Shown here: in pieces, positions 39,635-53,558 of the stretch
Layout of the letters: the number at the start of each line of letters is the position of its first letter
Numbering within the stretch: the first letter of the stretch is position 1
Origin: an uncultured Arcobacter sp.
Lineage (GTDB): Bacteria; Campylobacterota; Campylobacteria; Campylobacterales; Arcobacteraceae
NCBI GenBank assembly: GCA_965140705.1
Contig: OZ223302.1
Coordinates: 1-64,000, forward strand
Reading direction: 5' to 3'
Length of the DNA stretch: 64,000 bases
Notes under the pieces: model-generated
What the model saw: the letters and a program-made list of their open reading frames with translations, nothing else
Told to the model about the DNA's origin: nothing
Database searches by the model: none
Position numbers and translations under genes: made by a program

Positions 39635-40690
39635 TCATTTTAATTGAGAAGCTTTTATAAAAATTTTTTCAGTAACTTTAAAGATATCTCCTTCTGGTGG
39701 TATTTTAAATATTTCGCCTTTTTTTAATTTTTTCCATGTTCTTACAATAAATTAAAACAAATTTAAATAAAGTACCCATTTTCAGAATTGTTATCAATCA
39801 AATAGAGTTTATTTTCTTCTGCGATAATTTTTGCTTGTATGTTATCGACTAAAGGATCATTAATCACAATTTAACACTTTTTAATTTTTATTTAAATTAT
39901 TATAATTACATTCTCATTTCTTCCAATATTGATTAAATCATCTTAACTATTTAAAATGAAAGTTTAAGTTGATGCCATTTTTTAATATTTAATTAAAATT
40001 CTTAATTAAATTAGTCTTTCTTTTATTTTAGTCAAGTAACTTATTTCCAACTTAAAAATTCAAATTAAACCTCAAAAATAATTAACAATTTCTAAAGTAG
40101 TAAATCCAAAATTGAAGATTTCTCCTTCCAAAATTTTTAAATTGTTTTGAACTCTTATATAAGTTCCATTTTTGCTTCCCAAATCTTCTAAAAAATAATA
40201 ATTTTCTTTCATTTAGTATTTAATTTGTAAATGCTTCCGACTTATATCAACTGATTTCAATACTAAATTTGCTTCCTCATGGTTTCTTCCAAGTATAATT
40301 GGCTCATCATCATCAAATGGAAAGGACATTTTCTGTCCTAATTTTGAAGATTTAAGAGATTCACATAATTATAATTCCAATTAATTATCTCTAAAAACTA
40401 TTTTTTTAAGTAAATTTCAATATACTCAAAAAATGCATCCTGTGCATTTTACGATCTTCTAAAAGAAAAGTCTAAGGGTTATTTTTGTGATTCTTCAAAA
40501 ACTTTTTCCAAACTTTGACAAATATTTAATGATTAATTTTCTGATTGAAAACTTAAAACAAATATAATTATTCCAATTTTATTTTATAAAAAAAAAACTA
40601 ATTGCTTTTTAAAAGTTCTTTGCTTTCTAAAAGTGGTTTGCTTTCTAAAAGTTATTTGCTCCCTTTTTCAAAATTAATATTCTCCACCAT
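39635..40690 (-). CDS. FHA-domain protein
   Basis: IILGRNHEEANLVLKSVDISRKH...LEDLGSKNGTY, followed by a second degenerate FHA-like segment. Confidence 0.85.
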
Positions 40691-40801
40691 TTTTTTATTA
40701 GAAAAAAAAATTATAAAGAAAAAAAAATTAACAAAAGATTATTAAATTTGTTTTACAATAATAATTTAATAATTTTTAATTAAGAGGATTATGAATATGC
40801 T

Positions 40802-41845
40802 TCAATTTAGAAGTTCTGATTCTTTTATTGTTTCCTTGACAGTCCCATCCTTGAACAATGATCAATATATATTTTTGTAATTACTTTTAGAATATATTTA
40901 CGAGTTTCAACTAAATATTTTCGTCCATCAACAGTCTTCACTGCTTTTTAGACATATTTTTCAACTGTTCCTATAGGCATATCAGGATCTTCCATTTCGA
41001 CGAATCTGACTGATTTTTTTTAATTAGCTACAATTAAATTCTATTTAAAAGCAAATTTTAACATTATTAGCGCTCAATAGTTAACTCTGCAAATTTCTTA
41101 TCAAATCCTTTTAATGAAGATTTTCTTTCCTTTGATAATTCTTTCAATTCTATTGATCTTCTTGGAGATGATTACAATTCTTCCTATTATTTAATAATTT
41201 CTTTATTTAATTTAATATCAGTTGCAAAATCTATAACAATTATTATACCAAATGCTTTATGTCTATTAATGCCAATTCCAACTTTCTTATAAATGTGTTT
41301 CTTAAAAAAATTACATTAAATTCTTTTGAAAATATATTATTTCGATGGCCTCTTGATGCAAAACCATCATCAATTATCATTGAAGCAATAGCTTCCATTC
41401 CACTTCAATCGCCTTTATTAAATTGTTTAACCAATTTATATTAACCTAGTGATATATTTTCACTTAACTTTCCTTCACTATAGCCATATTTGCCAAGCCT
41501 TGAAAAAATAGTGGATCCATTAGCGCCAATATGGCCAACAATGCCCTTGGGGCCAATATCCTCAGCATGTTCCTAGGCAGCCTTCTGTAACTCCTTGCTT
41601 TTCGTTAATTCTTGCAGCTGCCCATCTTATTCCTAAAGAAACTATATAGCTTCTTTAAATGCTTATGGCCCCTCCGCGGTCATTAATGGGTGTTTGCCTT
41701 AAAGATGGAGAATATCGCCTTGAAAATGGTTGAGACGGTCAGTTAGGAAAGGAATTAGGCATTATGGAATCTTCCGGGATATGTTTAGGGTTTCCAAGAC
41801 TTCTTTTTTGAGTTGGCTAAAACGGATGTTCTTTTTTTTATTCAT
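40802..41845 (-). CDS. CAP/SCP (allergen V5/Tpx-1) domain protein
   Basis: AAQEHAEDIGPKGIVGHIGANGS...SENISLG...MIIDDGFASRGHRNNIF. In-frame TGA at 41407-41405. Confidence 0.88.
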
Positions 41846-41987
41846 TTTTTTTAGCTTTTTTTTAATTTTAACATACTTGTTTCTTATTATATAATTAGTT
41901 TATTTAAGTTAATATTTAAATAATTAAATAAAATTTTAGTGAAAAATATTAACAATTACTTTTTTTTCAAAAATCTAACTCAATATA

Positions 41988-44728
41988 ATGCGAGGGCTTT
42001 ACTAATACCAAATTCGTAACCACAACGAATTACAATAAATAGAAGTTGATCATTCCAACCCCTTGCTTTCAATTCAAAGCATTTTATCCCCTCACTTGCA
42101 ATAAGCACGCTAACTCTATCCAAATAATTCACGCTAGGAATTGTTATAATAATAATAGTAATAATAGTAAAATTTGAATTCATAATTTTACTCTGATTTA
42201 TCGGATGAAGAATTGAATGAAATTTAAGAGGAGTAAAGAAAAAGTGATGATCTTTTTTCATAAGAAAGATAAAAGGGAGTTAAAGTAGTTGAAGAAGTTT
42301 TTAAATGTTTTATTTGTTTGAGTAGAGTCTAGGTAAAAAAGACGTTTAAATAAATTTTAAATAATATAGGATGCTTAAATGTGTCCTTATTGCTCAAAAA
42401 TGTGTTGTTCAAGGTGTATTAGAAAATGGCTGACTGAAAAAAAATCATAATGTCCAATGTGTAGGTACTAATTATTATATTTAATGCTTTATAATTTTTA
42501 ATTTAGAAAGCCATTGAAAGTATCATAATTAGTCACTTGCAGGTTTGCAAATGAGCTTGCACCTGTAAAATATATACAAATTTACTGAGATTTTTATTGT
42601 TTTTTAGGTTTTAGATAATTTAGTCGGATAGAAATAGAAAAAAAAAGAAATGTGTAATTTACATAAAGCTAAATTAAGTTACTATTGCAAAACTTGCTCG
42701 ATTCCTATTTGTTCGGATTGCGCAATGCTTGGCAAATAAGTTTTATTTTTTTTATATAATTTTATAATAACTATTTCTAAGCATAAAGATCATGAATTTG
42801 TTCATATTACAGAAGTTTATGATAAGTGTTTAAATGAAGTTACTAATTAGTTAGGAATCTTTCATAAAAAGTTTAATTTATATCTTAGCTGTCTTTTAAT
42901 AATTGTTTTAGAATTGACTAATTAAAAGATAATGCATAGAATATTTAAAGTGTTGTTACAAAATTAAATGAAGCCAAATAAGAAAAATTATAGGAACTTT
43001 ATAATCATGTAGAGTAGGAAAATAAATAATTAGAATCCGAATGCAACATAGAAATAAACAAACTAATGAAAGAAAAACAACAATTAACAGAAGAAATAGA
43101 ATTTCTATTAAACATGCAAAATGAGTTAAGCGCATAAATAAGTGAATCTGGTAAATCAGCTTTAATTTAAAAAAGTGATGAAATTATTGTATTACTAAGG
43201 GATTTAAATTCAAAGGAAATTTAAGAAAAGCACTTTCAAAATATTGATTTATTTTAAAAGTTGAAATTACAAAGATAATAATAATTAATTTTTAAAGTTC
43301 AAAAGTGATTCCTGCCTATGAAGGAAGTTGTTTCAAATTGCATCCTTATAATTAACTAAGAGAAAGCGATGAAGTAATATATTCAGATATCTTAACAGTA
43401 AAAACATTACAATGGAGATTAAAAATTTATCCTAATGGAAATGGTGGAATCGCTAAAGGAAATTATCTTTCAATTTTTTTAGAAATGGTTAAAGTAAAAT
43501 TATTATTTTTCTTTCAAACAAAATATTGTAATTTTCAGGGTTATGATAAATCTACTAAATATTAATATAAAATTGAAATGATCAATTAAAGAAATCCATA
43601 ATTAAGCATTTAAAGGTCAATTTTAGATTATTTTAACTAAAATTTCTATAGGAAATATACTTCAGAATTTGAATAAGGAGAATCATGGGGGTATAATAAA
43701 TTTTTTCAGATTGATTAACTTGAACGATAAGGATATTTACTTCCAGAATAAGATACCGTTATAATAATTAAAATAATAAATAATTATTTTAGATTATTCT
43801 CAAATATTATGTAAGGCCTTTAACTTATTATTAATATTCTATGGATCAAACGTAATTTATTAAACAATTAGAGGAAGATAAAATAGAATTAAAATAAAAA
43901 AATTAAGAATTGGCTGCTGAAGTAAAACTTTCATTGAAAATAATAATTATTGTTTTAAAGCTTCATTATCTTAAAATATCTATGTAATTAAAGGAAAGTA
44001 ATAATAAAAAAGAGAAAATTGAAGCTGAATATATTGAAGAGGAATTACCTTTAACTATTTAAAAAGTGGAACAATAATAATAAGGAAAATTAATTGCAAG
44101 AAATTGCTTTGAAGGCTTGAATTATTATTGAATTCTTAATTAATTTAAGATACATTAGAAAAAAATTAGGATAAAAGGGAAATATTTTATGAAGAAGCTC
44201 TTTGTGAAGAGGAAGAAAAATAATAAATGAATTCATTTCTGTAGTTATAAAATCTTGAATCCTGTGAGGAAAATTAATTTTCAGACGCAAATTTTGAACT
44301 CTTTGAAGATGTAGAATAAATGAATGCAAATAATAATAGCCCATCAAGTGGTTCCAGCAGAAATTCATAAAATTTTATTAAAAATCTTTTGCCTTCATTT
44401 AATAAAGAAAGCAGTGAGTTTAATTGTTCGGAGGAAGAAAATTTTATTAGTAAGAAAAAAATATCGCCTGGAAAAATGCAATATATTGCAGACACACTTG
44501 CATTATCAGATCAGATTATTTAAAAACTGGAAAATATTAATAAGAAAAATTAATTTAATTCGATCAAAAATGAAAAAGAGAATAATTTAGAGTACAAGAG
44601 TTGTGATAATGATAAAGAGTAACTTTGAAATTTTAATTAAATTTTTTGTTTTTAGTGTATAAAAAGAAAATTTAAATTCTGATTAATAATCTCAAGCTTT
44701 ATTTAATCATGCATTTCAAAAAATATGA
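41988..44728 (+). CDS. TRIM37: TRIM37-like E3 ubiquitin ligase (RING, B-box, coiled coil, MATH)
   Basis: [43 protein letters not shown], a B-box (CSDCAM...H), and MATH WRLKIYPNGNG...YLSIFLEM, ESWGYNKFF. Confidence 0.9.
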
Positions 44729-45045
44729 AAGAAAATTTGATATTAATTAATTAACATTATAAAATATTGTATTTAAAATTATTTCATTAAATAAATTCAA
44801 TAAATAATTACATACTCACTCATATTAATGTATTCATAAAAAATTTTTAATTAATAAAAAAGGAAAAATAAAACATAAATTATAAAATTTAATAAAAGTT
44901 GAAATTACCAATTAGATTCGTAACAAAAAGTGGAAGCTAATCTAATTGAAAGAAAATTGTTGTGTGATATGAAAAAAACAAAAATTTTAATAAAACATAT
45001 AAAACTAAATTTGATTCTAAATATAAAATTTGCTGTAATTTAAAA

Positions 45046-47166
45046 ATGGACCAAGATTAAAAAAAGCGTTCATCATCTCGTTCAAAGCGCCATTCACACA
45101 AGCACTCTCGCCGTCACCACCGTCACTCTCGCTCCCGTTCGCGAACTCCAAAGGAGCACTATCATTCTCATTCAAAACGAAGCAAAGAAATGAAAGAAGG
45201 AAAAGAGGGAAAAGAACAGAAAGAAAGCAAAGAAAGAAAAGAGAAATCCTCACGTAGACTTCGCCCCACTATGTGAAGCACTTAACCGCCTTCAGGTACA
45301 GCGGCAGGCAATCTCAAGGCAAATCAGCCGTCTAGTCTTGAAACAGCGATTTCTATTAACCTGCCGACTGGGGAACATCATAGTGATATGCCTGGAGCGC
45401 AGAGTGAGGAGTACTTGAAAAGATTGGCTGCTAATCCCGCCCTGGAAAATATTATTTCGTTTCCAAAGGGAGGCGCTGTCAAGGCTAATCCCTTGTATGA
45501 GAAGTAAAAGGAATTGTTTACAACCATTTTGACAGATCACCCAGAAAAGTAGTAAATGGTTACGTAGTCGGGATTAGTTGTTGAGGAATACAGGCCTTCC
45601 GATGAAATACTTAAATTGCAATAGTAATAATAACATTTTATGGCCAACCCGTAGAACATGGTCACAATATTAAACCCAACCGCTAGTAATATTAATAATC
45701 TTGCTGCATTCAATAACCCTATTCTTGCTTACCTCACAGACCCTACCAAAATTAAAAGGAAAATCAATGTCCCTGCTAATTAAACCTTTAATTTTACAGG
45801 ACTTATTATTGGCCCTAAGGGATCTAATTAAAAGAGATTAGAAGAAGAAACCGGATGCAAAATTCTAGTCCGTGGCAAAGGAAGTTAAAAGGAAGGTATG
45901 CCCCCATAGCCTGATGATAATGAGCCCTAGCATATTTTAATTGTTGGTGATACTGAAAATTAGGTTCAATTTTATTATTGCTAAGAATTTAGATTGCCCG
46001 TGCGACGTCAGAAATAGAGAAGATTCTGTTTGCCGATGATGAAACACGGAATCGTATTCGCCAGGAATAGCTTAAGATAGTTGCATAAATTAAAAACGAT
46101 CCTTCTTAATCCTACGGCTCCTTTGGAATTGATTCTTCTGGAATGAACCTAACTTTCGGCTCAAATGTAATAATAATTACTCTTTTTATAACAAAATATA
46201 TCCCAAAAGGTTGATCTATCCTTGACAACTCCGTATGGCCCACCAAGTTAAGATGCTTTTATTATTCCAGTTCCAAATGATTGTGTCGGATTAGTTATTG
46301 GAAAAGGAGGTGAAACTATTAAAATGCTGTAGGTCAATTCAGGGGCTAGTAAGGTTTAAGTAGCTGCCGATAGGTATTAATAATCAATTATAACTATTCT
46401 AATAGTGCACCAAATTCTAATACAAGGAATGTATTTGTTGAAGGTGATCGAGAATCAATAGATAAAGTAAAGAGGATGCTCCAAGAAATAGTGGAAGCTT
46501 AATAGAAATTGAAATCGGCAATGACTGGAATGTCCATTAACGGACAATCCAGGCTTGAATACCCAGTTCCCAACAACTTAGTCGGACTAATAATTGGCAT
46601 TATTTTTATTACTTAAAATAAAATAATTTTAAAAGGAAGAGGTGGTGAAACTGTGAAAGGGATTAATACAAGATCAGGTGCCTTTGTCTTTATTCCAAAG
46701 GAGTGCCCACCTGGCTCTGATGAAAGAGTCCTTGTAATAACTGGATAGCCAGAGTAAATTTAAATAGCCTAACGAGAAATTGAAGAACTTGTAAATATGG
46801 TAATTATTAAAATAACTTTATTATTATTTTTTCCTAAGGGATTAAAAAATATGGCGTTGAAATAATAATCAATCCTACCTTCAATGATGATGGGCGGAGC
46901 ATTAGGACTTATGGGGGATCCTTCATAGTACGGTATGCCAGGCGGTGGTATGGACCCTATGATGCTAGGGTAAGGCCAACCGTTTATGCCTTAGGGCGGA
47001 GGATAAAACTCTGCTATTGAATAAGCTTCTTACTACTATATGCAAAATTTGTATAATTTATAATAGCCCACTGTTACTGAAACTATTGTTTAGGATAATA
47101 ATTAAGATTGTTTATTATTATTATTTTTTGTTTTATATGTTTTTTTTAGATTAAAGAAGAAGGTGA
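45046..47166 (+). CDS. RS-rich splicing-factor-1/BBP-like KH protein with two additional KH domains
   Basis: RS/H-rich N-terminus, RRLRPTMWSTQPP (W=TGA at 45274), [48 protein letters not shown] and VGLIIGRGGETVK. Confidence 0.88.
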
Positions 47167-47559
47167 GCAAAAAAAAAGGCAAAGTAAGTCCCAAATAAAT
47201 TATAATTTTAATTTTTAAATTCAATTATTTTAATTTATCTTATTATCAAGCATATATATAGTTAAGTTAAGTTAAGATTAATTAATAATTATAACTTCAA
47301 TATTTTTGGAGAAATCACCATTAAAATAAAAAAAAGATTTTTGAAGAATAATAATATCTTATTCATTAAAATTAATAAAGTTTTTAAAATTTTTCCTTTT
47401 TATTTTATTATTCAAAAAAATAATTATTTTTTGTCAAAGAATATTTAACGAAATGTTTTATAGATATATGTATATATATATAGATAGATAAATTAAAATA
47501 TAATTTATCAAAAATGGATTTACTTTAGTATTATAAAACATATTTCTATTAAAATTATT

Positions 47560-49378
47560 TCATTTAATTAATCTACTCCTTATAAATTCCTTCCATTATG
47601 TTTATAAAATTCCAAGCTTTTCGCATTCATCAAACAAATCAGAAATTAAAATAGCTTTATTTTATTATTCCTCTGGTATAGTTAATTTCATACATATTAC
47701 CTCAGAATAAAATTGTTTCCTTATAGCATCTGTTTGCCCAATATTTTGCATTAAAGAATTACCAGGGAACGTTGGAATTGAATTTCTATTATCTTAAGTA
47801 TATTATTTGCTTTCTTCGCTGCAAACACTTGCTCTTTATAAAGTTTTCGAAAAAGCAAATAAATAATTATAATAAACCTTGAAGAGGCATCATAATTAGA
47901 AACTATATCATTAATCTTTATCATTCCAGGCATTACAACACTTGAATTTTTTAAATCTAGGTTAGCTAAATTCTGAAGTAATTTGCATTACTCTTTTCAA
48001 ATTTCAATTTCAACTTAAATCTCTTACTATTATTAGTTTAATTAGGTAGCTTTGGATTCAAATAGTTTTAAAGTTTAGAGTTTTTCTTTTGTAAGTTTGT
48101 ATCCACGTTATGAGATTATTAAGATAATTGTAGCTTCCTTTTTTGTTTATATTTAAAAAATAATTTATACTTATTAGTTTTTATTTTGTAAAAAATTATT
48201 ATATTTTTCATACTCTGTTAAATAAATTACAATTTCTGTCGAAGAGTTTGAATTAATAATTGATTATAAGAATGAACAAATTTTTTCAGAAAAGTTTATT
48301 ATATCATACATGCAAGCTTTATTCATAGAGAATTTTTTAAACATTAATTACTTATCATTAATTATATTAGCTACTTTCTATAATTTCATATTTAAATCAA
48401 AAATTTAATTTGTTTCTTTTTATTCATAAGCAAATTACTTTTTTTTATTCAAAATTTAATAACAATATTCTGAATGCTTTTCTACTTCGCTTAATTTAAT
48501 ATACTCCTCACAATCAACACAAAGGATTTCTAAATTATGATCCGTAACAGCAGCAGTAGTAGTAGTTTATTTAGACTAATTTATTGATGAATGACTACTA
48601 ATTATAGTTTTAGCAGGCTGTTATTACTATTAATAAAATGGTTTGGCTTATAAAAAATGATTGGAAGTCACAGTATTAAATTTTTATTTAACTGATTACA
48701 TTTATTTTGCTTTGTTAATAAATTCTGTTTAATAATTACAGTGGCCACGCAGACTACGACTATTAGCATTTGAATTTATATTTGAAGCGTTAAAGAAGGT
48801 AGTACCTGTTTTTGTTGAATTGATCTTAGAGTATTGATTATTTTAGAAAAATTATTTTGAATCATTATTATTAGTTGTTTCATTATTTGATGTTTAAACT
48901 CTTTTTAAATTTTCTCTTTAGTTTAAATTGTAAGGAGATTTTTCTTCTTTTTCTTTTATTTTTCCTTCTAGTAATTTTATAAATGATTCTTCAGTTCCTA
49001 AGTCATCAGCACCTATTTTAATTAAAAAATTAAATAAATAACAATTACCAGCCATAATTATTAATTAGTCTGTTTGCAAATTGAAGCTTGGCTCGTTTGT
49101 ATTATTTTATAAATTTTTTCTTTATAAAAACAATAATAAGTTTAATTTAACCTTTCTTATTCACCCTTACTACTTGATGAACTGAAACTTTCACCAATTT
49201 CTTCTAGAGGAAGTAAATTAAATTAGAGTTCTGGTTGCTTGCTTCCAGGTTACACTATAAATATTTTAAAAATGAATTATAAAATTTTAAAATAATTTTT
49301 TTTTTTTTTTTATGATTAACATTTGTATTGACTTTAACGAGGATTTTAAGTGTAATTTTAGTTACTTCTTTTTTCCAT
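47560..49378 (-). CDS. Hypothetical protein with a zinc-finger-like motif and coiled coil
   Basis: EILCVDCEEYIKLSEVEKHSEYC and C-terminal ISDLFDECEKLG...WKEFIRSRL. Confidence 0.6.
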
Positions 49379-49606
49379 GATATTTATGTCCTTTTTGTTT
49401 TGTTTCTTTCTTCTTTCAATTTATTATAAAATAACGTAAAGTTTTTGAGCAAAATTTACAATTATTATTATTATTATAAAGTTTTTAAATTTTATTTCAG
49501 AATTAACCTTAAATATTTTTTAATTCATGGTTTAAAATTTATAGTAAAAATTTTAATTTATTATAAAATATAAATTGTTTATTTTTTAATAAAATAATTA
49601 TTATTA

Positions 49607-50404
49607 ATGTAAAACACTTAGCCTTCAGATCCCTCGAGCAACTAAACAAAATTAGAAGAAGCCATTTCTTCTAAATTATTTATTGAGGAATAGAAGTCCT
49701 TTAAACAATAAATTCCAACTTCTACTAAAATCAAAAAGAAAATAAATATCCCTACTGATTAAGCAGTTAATTATATTGGACTTATTATTGGTCCCAGAGG
49801 ATCAAATTAGAAAAGATTGGAAAAAGAAACAGGGTGTAAAATTTTCGTACGTGGTAAAGGAACTCAAAAGGAAGGTATAATAACTCCTTAATTCGATGAC
49901 AATGAACAATAGCATGTTTTAATTATAGGTGATACTGAAAGTCAAGTTTAATTTAATTTAATTTTCTTATAATTTAAGATTGAACATGCTACCTCAGAAA
50001 TCGAGGAAATTCTATTCATGAATGATGAGGAACGTAACCGTATTTGCTTGGAATAGCTCAAAATAGTATCATAACTCAATTAAATAATATTTTGAATAAA
50101 AAGGTGGATTAATAGTTAACAACATAAGATAATACTTGCATTATTACTGTTCCAAATAATTGCATTGGAGTGATTATAGGAAAAGGGGGTGAAACTATTA
50201 AAATGTTACAGATTAATTCTGGGGTTAAGATTAAAATAGCTGCTATGGATAAGTTAATTATTATTAATAATTTAGTAGTATTCTTATAGTGCAACTAATT
50301 CTTATACAAGGAATATATTTGTTGAAGGGGATAAAGAAGCAATAGATAAAGTGAAGAAAATGATTGAAAATATAGTAGGAGAAGTGTAATTGAAATTAAG
50401 ATGA
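49607..50404 (+). CDS. Condensed paralog of the 45046-47166 KH gene (two KH domains)
   Basis: [35 protein letters not shown] and [13 protein letters not shown], with intron positions shared with the parent. Confidence 0.8.
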
Positions 50405-50486
50405 ATAAAAATTATATTTTAAAATTTAAATTATTTATATTATTATTATAATTAAATTGCTTGACTAAATTAGTAAAAATTTCAAA

Positions 50487-52396
50487 ATGTAAAAAGGTTC
50501 AGTAAGATTATCAGAAGAAACACCAGAATCCCGAAAATAATTAATTCTAAAACCCGATCAAGGCCAAAATGTTCTTAATTGCGAAGAAGTTAATATTAAT
50601 AATAATTTTTTAAATATTATTTTAGGCATTAAAAGCATGCGGAGACTAAAATTGATATTAAATTCGTACAACTCTTTTATTATGCTTACAATGAACAATT
50701 ATTGCTTTCTTACTGTAAGGACAGCCCTTTCTGTTTCTAGAACCGAAATTTTATTGTCGTAATGATTAGGGAGAAGTTTATGAGTTTTCAAATTATTTTT
50801 AAATATTAATTTAGATGTAAAGAAGAAGAAGGCTGTAAATAAAAGACTATTGAATTGGTTCCTGATAGTTCTCATAGTTTAGCAATGTAATTTGAATTAT
50901 ATTGCTCCAGGCGATATCTTTTATCTTTATGCTAAACATTATTTTTCGTTGTTTCAAATATTTCAACCCTGATATTTTCGTTCCTTGCGGACTTATATGG
51001 GCGTAAAAAAATAATCCTAATCTGCTACGTAATCGGCGTAATTCCTCTTCTCATCTGCAGTTTCATCAGAAACTGAATTGTCTTCCTTCTAGTATTCACA
51101 ATAGCAGGAATCGGGCTAAACCCTTACTCAACAATTTGCTTTGTACTGCTAGCTGAAAGTGCAGGTGAAAAGTACAGGTAAGGAATGAGTGTCGGGCTAT
51201 TAGTCACCTGGGGTTTGGGCCAATTATTATTAGTTCCAATTGCGTATAAATGGAGAAAATGGGAGGATCTATTATTGTGGTGGATTGCTTTTCCACTTTG
51301 TTTATAGATTGTTACTTATATTTGGATTTATGAGTCACCCAAATTCTTAATTATTAAGAAATAGTGGGACAAGGCTAAACTGTTATTTGAAAAAATTGCA
51401 AAGGTGAATAAAAAGTAATTACCTAATGGATTTAAAATTAAAGAAGAATAGGAAGAAAATTAAAGGATTGAGTAATAAAGATTACTTTCAGATGCACCGT
51501 CTTCCTCGTAAGAATAATCAAGGATCTATACTTACTATGATCTTATTCGATATAAATCATAGCTATTGCCTACTATTATTCTAAGTCTATGTTTTTTTGC
51601 TATTTATTTATCCTATTATGGAATGATCTTTGCTTTGGATACTATAGGAGATAATATTTATTTATCGGCTGTGTATTTAAATCTAGGAGAAATCTCGGCT
51701 TATTTCTTTGCAGGTCTAGTGTTTCTTAGGGTTAATTTATATTTTTAGGAGTTGTTATACGATATGTGAAAAGAAAAATCTCATTTCCAATGAGTTTCAT
51801 AATTCTAGGGATCAGTTGTCTTTTCTTTTTAATTTTCCATGGAAATACATCAATGATTATCATGGCAGTGGTTAAAACAAAACAAAATATAAAAATATTT
51901 TAAATAATAAATAAAACAAAAGATCTCCCGTTTTTCCATAGCAATCTGCAACTGCCTGATCTATGTCTACACAGCTGAGATTTATCCTGCTTCAATTCGT
52001 TCAATAGGTATGGGAGCTACCAATTTTATAGGAAAATTCGGGTGTGCAGTCGCACCAGGATTAATACAATTCTGTGAAAATACACTTAATTTGCATCCAA
52101 TGGCTGCTTTTGGAGTGGTTGCCTTAATTGCCAGTGTCTTAGCATTGTTTCTAACTGAAACTAAAGGAATGCCCTTATTGGATGATATTCCTGTTTTTTT
52201 TTGTTTTTGTTTTTTGGTTATTTTTTTTTAGGAAGTTCTAAAGTAAAAGAAAAAAGAAGAAGCGAAATTATCGTTTAGAATGGATGATGCATAAGGAAGG
52301 AGAAAGGATTCTAGCACTACTGATACTGATGTAAATAAGTATTTATCGAATTCTCCGATTTTATTAGATGAAAGTGATTTAAATATAAAATTATGA
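50487..52396 (+). CDS. MFS transporter, SLC22/organic cation transporter-like
   Basis: LADLYGRKKI, IYESPKFL, VYTAEIYPASIRSIG and FLTETKG. In-frame TGA at 50653, 50692 and 51074. Confidence 0.9.
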
Positions 52397-52553
52397 GTTG
52401 TTTTGTAATTATTTTATATTTTATTCAATATTTAATTACTAAAAATTATTATTATAAGGAATAAACAACAATTTATTTATTTTGTATTTGAATTGTTTAA
52501 TAAATTTTAAAAATTGTTTATTTTTTATTTGAGGAAAAAAACCCTACAAAAAT

Positions 52554-53329
52554 ATGGCAACTGGAAATTTTTATCGTGGAACAAGCATTTCTTAAGATCT
52601 TCGTTTCTCAAACAAAGATAAAACCTTAATTAATAGTCGTAACTGGCCTTCAGAATTTGAATAAAAAGTTGACGTAACAAAAGTAAAAAAAAAAAACAAA
52701 AGCATAAAAATAATTATAAAAATAGGTAGAATTAACAGTAATAAAATCGTGGATCGATCAACGTGTAACAGAATTACTTGGAATGGAGGATGAAGTGCTT
52801 GTAAATTTAATAGTCTCTGAATTAGAAAGAAAACCTGAAAATATTAAAGAAGGAATTTGCCCTAAAAAACTATCAATTTTACTTGCGGGATTCTTGGAAA
52901 AAAATAGTTTTAAGTTTGTTAAGGAATTGTGGGCTTTATTGATTGAAGGAATGCAGGCAGCCAATGGAATTGTTTTTTTTTTATTGTATATAATTATATT
53001 AGCCCATAAGTTTGATTACTAAGAAATAAGAAGAATTGTAAGAAAGGAAATAAGAAATTATTAGTTAGAAATAATAATTAGAAAAAATGAAATTAATGCT
53101 TAATTAGTAGTAGTAGTAAAATTCAGCATAGGAGTAAAAATAAATTGAAACGAAATAAAAAAAGAATAATTCACGATCTAGAAGTTCTAGTAAAGAATTA
53201 AAGAAAGAAAGTGAAAGTGAATCCGATAATGATGATAGCAAACAAAAGAAAAAAAGGGATAAAAAAAGTAAGAGGAAAGATAAATCAGATAAAAATAGGA
53301 AGGATAAAAAGGATAGACATCATCATTGA
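52554..53329 (+). CDS. PWI-domain splicing factor, SRRM1/SRm160-like
   Basis: FYRGTSISQDLRFSNKDK...KVDVTKVELTVIKSWIDQRVTELLGMEDEV...LAGFLEKNSFKFVKELW, with an RS/K-rich tail. Confidence 0.88.
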
Positions 53330-53558
53330 AAATTTTATCAAAATTTATTAGTTTTATTATTCTTTTATTAGAATTAATAATATTTGTAAATCAAATTTTC
53401 AAGTTTTATTTAGAATGTTAAAGTAAAGTCAATATAATTCAAAGTTATAAATGCAAATTGTCTTAAAAAATAAATTATAATTTAATTATAATTTAATAAT
53501 AATAATAAATAATTAAAATTAAAATATATTTAATTCTTTATTGATAAAATTTAATTTA

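Noticed and set aside
9053..44728. Functional cluster of cilia/centrosome genes (MYCBPAP-like, CFAP97-like, centlein-like, CFAP418, TRIM37)
   Set aside because: Such genes are abundant in ciliates and are interspersed here with unrelated genes.
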